DNA of 64,000 nucleotides from Botryllus schlosseri. Its lineage: Eukaryota. A program made the translations under genes and the position numbers. Positions 39,787 to 52,458 of this stretch are shown piece after piece (within the stretch, counting starts at the first letter, position 1; every line of letters begins with the position of its first letter). The DNA lies in NCBI GenBank assembly GCA_051294905.1, contig CM119371.1, forward strand, positions 33,482,001-33,546,000, given 5' to 3'. The notes below the pieces were generated by a model that did not search any database, had not been told where the DNA came from, and saw nothing but the letters and a program-made list of their open reading frames with translations.

Positions 39787-40189
39787 TTTTCGAGAATCCT
39801 AATCCGTCCGACAGTTTTTGTGTCTGCAGAACTATCCGTCCGACTCCGAAGAATCTCCTCCAACTATCCGACTTTATCCGAAAATCTCGTAAAAGAATCC
39901 GAAAAATCCTTATCGAATAATGATATCGCAGAATATCAATTGTACAGCTGAGCTTAGATACAGTTCTGCACTAAAAGATCGAGAATTATAGCTATGGAAT
40001 GAACAATAACAAAAAGAACAAAATTGGAATTTTAATTATAGGAACATTAACGCGAAGAAACAACGCTACTAATTTAAAGTATGTGTGCAAATGAAAGTGG
40101 TATCTCGGATCCAAAGAAAATTAAAAATGGCAGATTAATAGGCCATGGCCATATATAACAATCAGACATTTAACCATATTACCCAATAT

Positions 40190-40768
40190 CAGGGTTGTAA
40201 CCAAGTCACAAGGATCCGAGTCACAAGTCAATCTCACTTTTATATTTTTGACTCGAGTCAAGTCGAGTCATTTTCAATTCCCACCGAGTCAAGTCCGAGT
40301 CCAAGTCAGCGATCAGAGGATCGAGTCCGAGTCGTGGTATTATGACTCGAGTCCGAGTCCAAGTCATTGTGTTGACTGCTCAGTTTCCAGTTAAAGTGTT
40401 CCTAAAGCCACTTATTTAACTCTGTTTGGTGATATTAAATGGTTCGCATTTATATTATATCAATTTTCCTCACTTTTAGCAGTTTATGGTCGCATTTTCA
40501 AGCACCAGTACCAACGAACGAAATCCCAATAATGTATTGGCTTCGAAATTACAATGAAATGTCGGTCTTGGCCGTCTGAATCTCGAGTCAATGACTTGCT
40601 TCGAGTCATGCGCAATGACTCGAGTCCAAGTCGAGTCAATACACAGATTGACTCGAGTCGAAACGAGTCATTTCCGAATTTTGAGAAAATGACTCGAGTC
40701 GAGTCATCCGAAAATCGTGACTCGAGTCTGACTCGAGTCGAGTCATGACTCGAGTCATTACAACACTG
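40190..40768. mobile_element. MITE-sized relative of the GACTCGAGTC hAT family
   Basis: TIR CAGGGTTGTAA/TTACAACACTG, TSD CCCAATAT. Confidence 0.92.
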
Positions 40769-41183
40769 CCCAATATCAAGAAGTGATAGTAGAAAGTTCC
40801 ATCCATGGAATTTTACAATCACAGATGGTCAATATTGGATGCAGATAATCTGCATTTTGCCCACAAATGCTGGAATGTGTGAAGGCCTGTTCAGTAGAAA
40901 CTTTCTGATGCTTATAATACCTTTGGTCAACCAGTTCAAAGTTTTGAGCACGACGCTTATAGTCGAGTCACATAAAATGTCAATAATAGAAACATCCTGA
41001 ATGTCCCTCTTTACCTGTCCAAATTTCCTCTCCAGTGACTAATAGCAGGTCAGTAGTTGTCTTGCCGACTTGTATATTGGAAGAGAAGAAACTTATCTCC
41101 AACTGTGCTGTATCCTTGGCCTTTCGGATTTGATTTGTAAGGTGCATTGGTAACTTGCATTCCGTGGTTCACAACTAGAGCTC

Positions 41184-42445
41184 ATGAAAAGCTACCAGAC
41201 TGACAGATATCAAATGGTTTCGATATGCAACACCTTGTCCTCCCCCCACCTTGTTACCTGTGGTGTTCCGCAAGGCTCTGTTCTTGGACATGGCCTTTTT
41301 ACTTTATATGTCAATGATATCTTTGAAACCTCATCATTGAATACCACACTCTTCGCTGACGATATTCACCTCCTATCTCTCGCACCTACTACCGTAAGCT
41401 TAAATGCCGTCACCCGTGATCAAATGCCCAAAGTGCCTGAGTGGATGTCCCATAATAGCCTTCGGGTTAATGCTGCGAAATCCCAATTATTGGTCGTGAC
41501 ATCCTGCGATAACCTAACCGTTGACATCGCTGGCAAACCATTTTCCAACACTAAAAATGCCAAATACCTTGGTGTTTTACTGGATTCGGACATGTCCTGG
41601 AAGAGTCACATACAATCACTCAAACCACAACTATCGAAGGTATGTGGTCTATTTCGCCACCTTAGCTGCACTCTGCCCGTCAGCGTGCTGTTGATACGCT
41701 TCAACAATCTATTCCTATCAAAGTTACAATACGGAATTCTATGTTGGGGTGCTACCTGCAAGAATACAATTGACCCTCTGCAAAAACTTCAACATCGGAT
41801 CATCCGTATCATTGCCTAAGCCCTACGGGGGCCTGGATGTGCAACTGATAATATCGCTTCTCAAAGGATTTAGTGTTCTAAACTTGGAAGATATGAGGAA
41901 GCTAGAAATTGCCAAGCTTATGTATCAGTTCCATTGCGGTCAATGTCCCTCAAATTTCAACGACTACTTCACCTCGGAGACAAAAGCGCACAAGTACAGC
42001 TCACGCGCGTCATCGAAGAACAACTACCATATGATCAAGACTGAATACAAGAAAACGCACTGCTCTATCAAGTATGCCAGACTCCAATTGTGGAACAGCA
42101 TGTCGCCGGCTATCCGACAGTCGTCGAGCATGTCCGCATTCAAGTCGAAATACAAGTAATTTCTTCTAAACCTAAACTAGCCAGTCTTCAGGATTACCGG
42201 ACCAAGACCTAACATCGACCTAGCCCTCCGCCACATGCCACCTCATTTTGTCGCTTGCGTCTTATATTCTCTGCATTACTTTTCATTCAGTGTGCATGCC
42301 TCCTATTTACTTCGCCTAGGCTAAGGTGGGTGTCTGATCTTAATGGCTACTTCAAGTTGTTTCGTCACCTTCCTATCTTGTAATTGTATCGCAGATGTTT
42401 TGAAACGATGAAAATAGTAATAAACCCGATTAATTGATTGATTGA
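41184..42445 (+). mobile_element. 5'-truncated CR1/L2-group LINE (RT C-terminal half, 3' UTR, (ATTG)n tail)
   Basis: Motifs GVPQGSVLG, FADD, KYLGVLLD, LQKLQHRIIR; frameshift near 41815. Confidence 0.92.
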
Positions 42446-44126
42446 AAGGCGATATGCATAGTGCGGAGCATGGACCGGAGCCGGATTAGATATCCGGCAG
42501 GTTATTTTCAATTTTGGCCAGACCGGATCAGTACTTTTTTGATGCGGCCGGAGCCGGATCAGTACTTTTTGATAAGGCCAGGATCTTTAATAATAAGCAT
42601 GACTTGTGTAACTGAATAACTACCAACCACACGTCAGTAACCGCCAAACCAGTGCGAAATAAACGAGCCATATTTATAAATTCACAGAGCCACCGTACCG
42701 TACCGAATTTGTGCCCAGTCTTAACAGCAGTAATTTCTGACTAGACATTTTCCCTCCAATATTCAAGTCTAGTTGTGCAGTGAAATAGCTTGTATTTATC
42801 GAAGAAAGCAATTAAATAACACCTTATGCAGAAGAGAAACCGAAAGTCGAGACATCAAGGGCAATGGAAGTAGAATATGGAACAATGTTACCTTGCTCAA
42901 TCGCACCTGTGAGGGTAACTAATCTGGATGTGTTTCGTGTCAGCAGTGTGATGGCACATTCAAACAAGAGAAGCTCAGTGGCACATCATCATTCATGCAC
43001 CCATATTAACAATAGATGCATGTTATCCAAAAAGAGAACATCAGGCCAATGTTCGATGTCATCATTTTTGAGAAACAAAAAATATCTGTTGCTTCGTTGC
43101 CAAGTAATGCCAAGATCCAATTACCGGTATACTTGAAACTGCCAAATCATATATATATTGAGAAGGAATTTATACCATCGTGTCATCCAGATAATGCTGT
43201 TGAAAGAGGAGTGCTGCTGTAGAGAAGAAAATCCAGCAATTTGAAATAGGCTATCGACGAATATGGAATGATTGTGTGGACTGATATCACTGACTGAAAG
43301 GAAAGGAACCAGGGTACACCGCTTTCTGATCATCTTGCACAAAGAAGCAAGCTCTCAAAGATATGAAAAATGAAGATCCAATACCTTATCAAAAACGAGG
43401 AACTGAAAATCTTGTAATTTCAGTCAGTACAAAGATTACCGGTATTTCGCTTCTTACACCAATCGACATTGACTTTTCCTACAATATCGACATCTAATGC
43501 TGCCAGTGAGTGACTATTTAGGATATGTGGCAATGCCATTACAAAGAATAGGTCGACCGTGTCCTCTTTCAGCCTGGAATCAATAGTTACATAGAATAGT
43601 CCATAAAAATAAACCACTTGCCCAGTCTAAGTTGATATAATTACTTCAGATAAAGGTTGGGCTTGATCTTTTAGTTTTTAATTTCTTGTATGTTTTGTTT
43701 CAATCAATATGCAATACCAACATGTGAACTTGAAACTTATTGGCATGTTGTGTTGTTTCAATTTTCAATAACAACCTGTAAGTTCTTAATGTCATATTTC
43801 TTTTTTTGCAATATAACCTTTACCTGATCGCATAATCCACTGCTTATGTAGTTGAATAGAAATAGGTATCCTCCTGGCAGATGATCATTATCGGAGTTTT
43901 TTGGATCGGATATTGCTCATTTTGAGAATTCGGAGTCGGACCAGAGCATTGAACAACAGGATCGGAGTCGGTACAGAGAATTTGTTGATCCGCTCCGCAC
44001 TAATATGGAGACACATTACGATCTCTTAACAAAGTAGAGTAGCTTGAAGCGTTGAAACGTAGTTTAAATACATGCACATACGCACATTCGAATCTGCTTA
44101 TTGATGTTACTCTGTTCGCATTACAG

Positions 44127-44277
44127 ATCAAAAAAATATTTCACTGAATGATTTAAAATATTACAAACACCAGTTGGTGAGAAATTTGATGGAGAAAAGT
44201 GAGGACGCGTTGAAGAGGGCCATCAACTTGCTGCAGCCGAAACTGATCGTGGCGTTTGGCCAATATGTTGAAGAAAG
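44127..44277 (+). CDS. SMUG1: SMUG1-like exon 5 (QKNISLNDLK...EDALKRAINLLQPKLIVAFGQYVEE)
   Basis: Acceptor ATTACAG, donor GTAGGA, phase 1 in and phase 2 out. Matches SMUG1 NLTPAEL...LLGVRLVVGVG. Confidence 0.9.
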
Positions 44278-47200
44278 GTAGGACTATATTCTAAATAATC
44301 TATATAGACTTCACCACTTTATAAACTGGTTTGGCCTATGAGTCGCACCTACTTTCGTATTCGAGCAGGAAGGATCAGTGTGGCTGCACTGGCGCGTAGC
44401 GCATTGGCTGATGAAACGTACGTTTGTCATTACCACAATACTATATAAATCGGAGGCGAGTACAATCCCGACCTACACATCCACCCTGAGATATCCCAAA
44501 GTTTATCTAAACTTCACAGTTTACATTGTCACCCAAATTTCGAGTATGAGTAATGTAGGCTATTAAGACGCCTTTTGGGAAAGTGGACTGCGTTGTAAGT
44601 GAATCGATAAGAAATTAGTGCAGAGAACCAATTTACCAAATTAAAAAAAAACATTGATGGCTTTTCCCACGAAAATCAAACGAACTGTTAAATATTCTGC
44701 ATCTCGTTCATCATGCCACGATACTCTATTCTGATTCAGAGCATGGATGACAAACGCATGGCCAGAAAGTTCGGTTTTTGTAAACCCTGACATGGGTTTT
44801 ACTTGTAGCAAATTTGTTCCTGTTATTTTAGTCTTTATAAACGGTGTACATGGACATTGTACAATTCATAGTGCCACGAACAGGTGGACGGTAAGACAGG
44901 TATTCGGGATCCGGGTCGCCGTATGAACAGGCCTGTTCATACGGAACCCTAAACCCCCCAATTAGGGAGGCGAGCTCGAAGGAGGCCACAAAATTATTTC
45001 GTAAATTAGCATGAATTATAGAGTCATTTTGTAATTCATGCAACTTTTCTAAAAAAATCCCGATATTGAATGTTGCCAAATGTCTGGATTATTGGGTACT
45101 GCTCCCCCCTCCCCAAAAGAAACAAATACGCAAGATTTATACAAATAGGCATTTCGGCTTCTACCATTACCGAGCCACGACGCACCAAGACATTTACAGT
45201 TTTAGGCCATGTAACATGCGACTTCAAGAAGTGTGCACGGACGATCGGCGGTGAGAAAACCTGGGTCGAACAGGACTGCCCTTATGCTGACCAGAAATTT
45301 CGATATATATACATAGGCCCACTGTTCCCTCATAGCTGCGCGCGTGTGCAATTGCGCAGTGCTGACACGGTCTCTGCGCACAAAAAAAGCCGATGTGATG
45401 CTGATGACCTTTTTTTTATTCAACACCACAAAATTAACGAGAAAAATTGTGTAATTCGGCATTCCAATCAAAGTGATGACTTTTTTTAGTCCTTACGCAC
45501 TGCTGTCCAAGGGACCGCGCAGTGAGTTGGTGACTTTGCGCAGATTCGTGAAAACTTAGACGGAACATTGCATAGGCCTATATGTAATTGTCCAAAGGCG
45601 CCTAAATGGCTAGCGCCAATTGTTCCGTTCCTGGCAATCTGATCCCTGCAAGACAAATGCCTACCCGCAAGGTAATACCAATTTGAAGTCGTGTGCTTCT
45701 TTTAGTTTAGTACGTTTGGGCGATGTCAATATCTCTTGACAGAGCAGAGAAGAGGTCACGAAGCAACATCATGTAACGAAGTTAACATACTGCCCGAACA
45801 TGTTTAATTATAATTTACGGGCACTACAATTTCCAAGACACCTCATTGAGCTCTACCGTGAAACCTGATTACGTGTACAGGGAGGATAAAGAATTGATAG
45901 CAACACATATGCAATTCCTGATGATAATGACCGATTAAATAATGAGTTGTTGAAAATTTTCGCGTTTTGCGCGTTTACACGAAGAAATGCGTCTTACTAA
46001 AATTACTGAAATGTTAGTGATAAGTCGCGGCAAACACACCTGATGGAGGGTTTGCTTTATCGCCTTAATTGAGGCCCAAGATCAACATTTTTTTCTGGGG
46101 GGGCTGACGAAGTGCTGTTACGGTCCTGCGTATGAAGATATTTTGTCTTCAGTCAGCTGAATGTACGATCGGTTAATCAGCGGTATGAATTTGGCATCAT
46201 TTTCTTTTCCACGAAAAAATTCATGATTTTCGTTGACAGTGAGTGAGTCAATGTTTTCGAGTACCGAAATTATATACATATTATTTATACAACGGTGGTT
46301 GTGATACTTCTTGACACTGTGGGGAACATGAGTCCTCGATGCGAGCAAGCATATCATTAAATACATACAGTAAAAGACAATTCTTGACGTACAGTGCTAA
46401 CCATATTATACAGTAACTAAACTTGGACTGGTTTTTACACAAAAGTAGAGCTGGCATTTTTTACTATACGTGATCGAATAAAAGTACGAGGGCTGATTGG
46501 ACACTTCAAATCCCTCTAACTGCTCGGGTCAAGGATCTTTACTTTAATCGGAATCGGAAAATTTATCTGTATTCCGGTACTATTGCGCCGACTAAGATAC
46601 TATAAATCTCAAACGTATATCTGCAAATTGTAAATGTAAGGGATTATTCAACAAGTGTTTGCCCATTGCATAATTTATGACCTTTGATTGTTCCGCATCA
46701 ATCTTGAGCGAATATTGGTTGGAATGAATTCAAATTTGGTGTGCGTCGTTTTTTAAGGCAACCTAACAATTTAGTCACGTATAGCCAACAAGATTCAGGA
46801 AAAAGGTTGATTTTTGAACAGCCCTAGTGTGCAGCCATTGCTTGCTCAGCAGGTGGCTTTTGGGGTCGGAATCTCTCCTGTTCCAAACTCGAAACCTCGT
46901 TCCTTTGCAATGTCGATTCAATGTCTGATATTTCCGATGAAATAGAAATCAGTGTTTTGACTAGGAGAATGAAGTCCAGTTCTGTACGGTTCTTAACCTT
47001 TAATGACTTGGGAAACCCTACGTCACAGATGGGCAACTATTTTCTGAGAATGACAAGCAGGAAATAGCCTCCGGTGGCGAGTTGAGTCAAAATTTTACAC
47101 TATCTTAGGCGGTGTAATAATTTCTAATAAATTATAAATTGAAACCAATGAATTATGTGGTTAACACAAGCTTCTTGGTGGATGTGTTGCTATTGGGAAA

Positions 47201-50089
47201 TTAGGAATTTAGAGTCAAAGTAAAAATATAATATTTATCCCGCGTAATTATTTAAAACAATGGTAATCATTAAATATTGTTAACTCTTTATAATCACACC
47301 AACCCATAGACACCAAAATGTATGGGATGTCACAGATTGGTAACTATCCCGAGCGGTGTGTAGCTTAGTAAAATTGTCGTGTTGTTTTGGTAATTTAGCT
47401 AGCAGGTTTTTTGAATTCGTCTTCTCGCAGCCTCAGCCGAATGACTGCGTGCTTATGTCATAATCTCGACTTAGTTTAATCCATGTTATATCGACTTTAT
47501 TATGAATATAGATTATGCTAGGGATCGACTAGCCCTGGCACGCGTGCCAAAAGTGGCACACATAATGATTTTTCAAGGCACACATAATGATTTGATGTGC
47601 AATAATATGATCATATTTCTTGCAAAAAGTGGAACAAAAGTTTTCAAAATGCAAAAAGCTTGGAGGTGAATTCAAATTACTTCGTAAATCAGCATGAAGT
47701 AGGGTCTTGCTAGACAGATTTTGCTTTTTCTTTTAAATTTTCTCTGCACCTCTCACCTATAGTCCGTATTTGGCCAGTAGGCGGTAAAAGGCACAGGTCT
47801 TCCCTACGCTAATCTACAAGCCTTCAGAGAGCCCCTAATTTTCAGTGAGTCACAAAAAAATTCTTCCACATGCGTCCATACCATATGTGTTGTAATATGT
47901 AGGACTACCAGCAATGCTACCTCTAATTTTTCACCATTCTGTGCGCACTCACCAACTCACTGCGCGGTGAGTGACATTTTTCACTTCGCGGACCGGTAAA
48001 ATTTCAAAATATATTTGGCGGACCGGTAGACCGTACAAAATTGATATCAGCCCAGAATGTAATCTAGGCCGCCGTATTTCTGCAAGTGTGGTACTAGAGC
48101 ACGGTGGCCAACCGTTGTGCTATTCACGGTCGCATTTCGATTACATATTTGGCCGCATTCCAGGACATAGTCATGATGAACGCGAAATGCCAATTTTAAA
48201 CTGACCAGTGACCATGTCCATTTCTGGTGAACTCTTGACTAATCTACTTTTCATATCGCCTTACTATACGCACCGAAATCGCGACATGGTACCGGGAACG
48301 GTTGTGGTCACGCGAGGCGCGAAAACTTTTTACGATTCACGAATGACTTTCGTCATTAATATTCGTAGTTTCACATGTTACTATCAAATCTTTATCCTTT
48401 CTCAGCCAATGCGATCAGATTCATCGGGAGAGTGCATGGAGGGAGTGACTTTTCAAATTTAGGGCACATATAAATGATGATGCATCTTCGGGTGGGACAA
48501 TTGTTATTGTAGTAGGGTTGCCATATTTTGGAATTCTTAAAAGAGGACCCTTTTCCAAAAATTTCAGACTTACAATACCGGAAAAACTTGGTTACTTTAC
48601 TCCGAATTTGTAGGTGGTTGATAAAAAAGGTCATCACTTCCATTGGACTCCAATTTCACCAACTTTTACTTGAGTTTAGTGGTCTTGACTAAAAACTCTC
48701 GAACGACCAGCCGGAGCGTTACTTGAGTACTTATTTCCTATATCTTAGTACAATTATCACATACATTTAATCAACATTTTCAAAAAAGAGGGCATTTGCG
48801 CGCCCTCCGAGGACAATTTCAAAAAAGTCGAAAAGGAGGAGGACGTATGTTAACCCTATTGCCACTTTGTTGCGTGCTGTTATTTCTTGACCTCCCATCA
48901 GGATTGTCGGTATAGTGGAAAAATATTGGAATCTTTCAAACGACCAGAAACAAATTTCTTTCTTGAGGAGTGCACGATTCCAAGTTGGTATATTCCTATA
49001 TCGGGTGCATCATTTTCCTCCGCTGTTCGCATGTGTTTTGTGGTGCTCGGATTGCAAAGGGTGCTACGACTATCGAATCGAAAAAAGAACTCGCATTGAA
49101 TCGTGCGTAGCGTGAAGAAAATTTCAAGATTAAATAAAATATCTTAAAAAGTCGGGAGTTGATTAGTAATTTTAATTTTTTTTTGTCGACGGCCGCCAAC
49201 ACTTACTTATTGAATTGCGTGTCCCCGACCGCAAAAACTTATATTTCTACGATCGCAGGTTACCCCCTCTGTACCAGAGAGCGACATTTGGAGGGTTTTG
49301 GTCGTATTGAAATATGTTAATGATGGTATTCACGTGATTTTACGGTAGTGTCTGCTGAGTGCTGAGTCGAGGTAAAATTGACTTGCCCAAATAAACACAG
49401 GCTAATTACGCGCCGAGTGCCGTGGATTATAACCGACCGCACCAACTCGAATATTATTCTTCTCTACGACAATATCCAGAGATGAAGCGTTTTGGAGCAG
49501 GACCAATCACATTGTCCAGATATCTTGTTCATTTCCCACTACTACCATTCATAGCCTATACTACAAGTGAAATGTCCCACACGAGACCACCTAGCAACAG
49601 CGATACCTGGCCTTCCACAAAATTAATGAATCGAAAACGAATGATCGTATGAATTATGTGGTTTAGCGAGTCACCGGAGACAGCTTGGACTTCAAGTCAA
49701 ATCGATCATGTTTCCGGGCCTATAATCTTACCTCACGAAGTTCTACATCAGTTCGAAGTTTGACGTTTTATTATTTTACCAATGGACAAGCCTTCAACAT
49801 CTTGCATCTTGAAATTAAGGTATAAAATCCTAATATACCTCGCGGACCGGCAGAGAAGTCGTCGCGGACCGGCGGTTCAGAACCACTGCCTTAGACGACA
49901 CTGCGTAATGACTACCGTAAAACAAGAAGGTCATCACTTTGGGCTTTCTTGTGCGTGGCGACTTTGTCCGCGGTGCGCAAGAGCTCACCCGAGCAGCTTA
50001 GCGGGAACATTGACTACCAGTAAAGCTAGTCGGGCAGACTTGTACAAACTATCCATTTAGTTAGTTGGTGGTCAACTAACTAACGGGTT

Positions 50090-50290
50090 TTGAGTAGTTT
50101 TAGTTCTAGTTGCTTATTTTGAAAATCAAGTAGTTTTAATTGTAGTTGTAGTTGCGGATTTTGAAAATTGACTAGTTCTAGTTGCGGATTTCGAAAATCG
50201 GGTAGTTCTAGTTAAAGTTACAGTTGCAAGTTTTAAAAATTGAGTAGTTCTAATTCTAGTTGCGCTTTTTAGAAAATCGAGTAGTTTGTA
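50090..50290. repeat. Degenerate short tandem array (TAGTTCTAGTTGC...GAAAATCGAG)
   Basis: About 5 units of 30-45 bp are visible. Confidence 0.7.
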
Positions 50291-50374
50291 CAAGTCTGTT
50301 TTCACGGTATTTTTTTGTGGCTGGTTCTTGCTTATACGGGAATGTTGGCAATCTATTGTGAATCACTTGGCAAT

Positions 50375-50640
50375 AAAATGACTGCAAAAGAAGTAAGAGC
50401 ATTCAACGCATTTCGAGATGTGGTTGAAAATTTTCTTGGTAAATAAACGAAGCAATGAATGGTAAACAATGACATCGAGATATATGAAAAAATATAGTGG
50501 GGCATGTCCTTAAAAACGCATTGCTTGCACTTTCACCTTGATTTTATTAGTTCAAATTTGGGTGATGTGAGCGAGGAACATATGTGAAGTGTTTCAGCAG
50601 GATATGTATGATGAAAAAAGATATGCCGTCATATACCATG
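50375..50640 (+). pseudogene. DNA transposase C-terminal remnant (probably Chapaev3/CMC-type)
   Basis: Reads AFRDVVENFLG and MSLKTHCLHFHLDFISSNLGDVSEEH. The family assignment is from memory of the motif. Confidence 0.55.
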
Positions 50641-50940
50641 ATACAAAGACGTATATTTCACATTAAAATATCAGGTCAACCAAAATTTAATTTGAAGCCA
50701 TAAAAAGAAAATCTCTGTTGCGGACTCGCGTCGAAGGTAATTGCATGAGAGGAAAGCATTTGTCTGTATGCTATAACATACGAATCCACGAAGTGGAACA
50801 ATTGGATTATCATAGCGAATTGTATAAATATTTCCGAACCCACTGTCTCATCGGTAACACAACTCCGTTATATGGCACATTTTATGGCAGAGATCATGAA
50901 ACTGTCGACTATAGTTTTTAATGCAGCTTTAACTTGACAG

Positions 50941-51139
50941 ACTTGAAAAGCTTGGCTTCAGCACGTCTTATGTGGTGCGTGTTACACATCCTTCTCCAAT
51001 AGTAGATGGACAGGAGGACAATGAAGCCGATCCGGATACGGGAGACGACAAATGGATTGCTAAAGTTAAAGAGGAATTGAAGAAAAATTCGCGATGGAAT
51101 GAACTCATGCGGGCAAATCAAAACAGTATTAGTTATTGA
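50941..51139 (+). CDS. SMUG1: SMUG1-like terminal exon 6 (LEKLGF...VTHPSPIVDGQEDNEADPDTGDDKWIAKVKEEL...ISY*)
   Basis: Acceptor TTGACAG, phase 2. Contains the UDG motif-2 HPSP and the downstream Trp helix; stop TGA at 51137-51139. Confidence 0.92.
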
Positions 51140-52026
51140 AATACATATTTATATTAATATATGGCATAAGAGGGACCGGAAATCATCACATTGCAACAGA
51201 ATCGGAATTTTATCTAATATATCATCACAGATTTGGCGCAGTGAAAATATATATTACGTAGAAATATAAAACTGTTTTATAGAACATATTATTCAAATGT
51301 ATTTCGTAATATACTATCGTCAATTGCATCTTTTAATTCCTTGGTGTCGCCGGAAAGTGGGTATATAGGGCATTTGTTGGAGGAACTTCTAGTATTCGAA
51401 CATTTTATTCGTACACTATTTATTTGAGTTCTTTTCAGTTTGTTTTTTTCCTTTCAAAACACCATAAGATTGGATGCAATGAAAAGTTAGGAAAGTATCG
51501 AAACGACTTGGAGTGATCTTTGAAATCAAAGGCCAATCCGGGTCTAGCTAGACGGCCGCATGAAGATTACAGTTATTGCGTCCGGCCACATTCCAGCTGA
51601 TGGACCACCTGTACGCCAAATATCCTTGATAAATTGTCTGCCGTGGGATTTCTCAGGGCGGACATTCCTAGTGGTTTTCTGTGGCCATCACTGTTTTTTT
51701 CTTTCTGTAAAATACGTTACGCAGAAAGTGTCTAATTTTAGTATCAGGTGGCTTCCGCGGGATTACCATACGCACCTACATCGCGAGTTTTATTGCTTGT
51801 AAGAAAAAAATTATTGGGGTTCGTGGTTTAGTTGAGGGTAATTTTTTTAACTTAATGAATGAAATTACCCGATAATATTGCGATTTGCAGAATAAAGCAC
51901 ATATTACTATCTATTATTTTCCTCTCTCAGCCCACGTGATCAAATTTGTCGGTAGAGCTGTTGGAGAGGCACATATTTAATGATAAAATGCATCTTCGGG
52001 TTAGTATAAATCACTTTCTTGTATGT

Positions 52027-52325
52027 TTGTGAACGGCCTCGAATCGTTGGGCGAGGCCGTTCACAATTCCATTTGTGTGCCTTGGAGTCGACTTTTATTA
52101 AAATACACCAACCAAAACTCTGTCCACAAAAGGAGTTCGTGTACCACCTAAAAATAGTACATTGAACGCTCTCTCATTCACGAAATTTCATGCTGGTGAC
52201 GTAATATTTTGTGATACGATTGTTGATATACAATGTTATTTCCAATTCTCTACTTGTTGCTGACGATTACCCCTGACGAGTGTCAGCCGAAAATATTCGG
52301 GTTCATTTCAATATGAATATACTCT
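52027..52325 (+). mobile_element. Penelope-like retroelement 3' fragment with a short 5' inversion
   Basis: 52043-52165 encodes IVGRGRSQFHLCALESTFIKIHQPKLCPQKEFVYHLKIVH*, a GIY-YIG endonuclease C-terminus. 52027-52041 is a perfect inverted copy of 52052-52066. Confidence 0.85.
52269..52302 (+). ncRNA. Minimal type I hammerhead ribozyme (Penelope pLTR type)
   Basis: ACCC-CTGACGA-GTGTCAGCC-GAAA-ATAT-TC-GGGT: 4-bp stem I, intact core, 1-bp stem II, palindromic AATATT stem III, UUC cleavage triplet. Confidence 0.7.
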
Positions 52326-52458
52326 TCAATTGTATATTGAAACACATCCTACAAAGCTCTCCAACTTACTTTATTGGATTTGATGTATTATTGTCTTAAA
52401 CTACATCTTTCAATGAACAAGCAGGATCTATGAGACCTTGAACATCGACACAATAGAC

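Noticed and set aside
46824..47036. Minus-strand 70-aa ORF as the last exon of a nested gene
   Set aside because: No recognisable domain and no partner exons were found.
50921..50940. Alternative acceptor ATGCAG at 50926 for exon 6
   Set aside because: It lies 14 nt upstream and would shift the frame away from HPSP.
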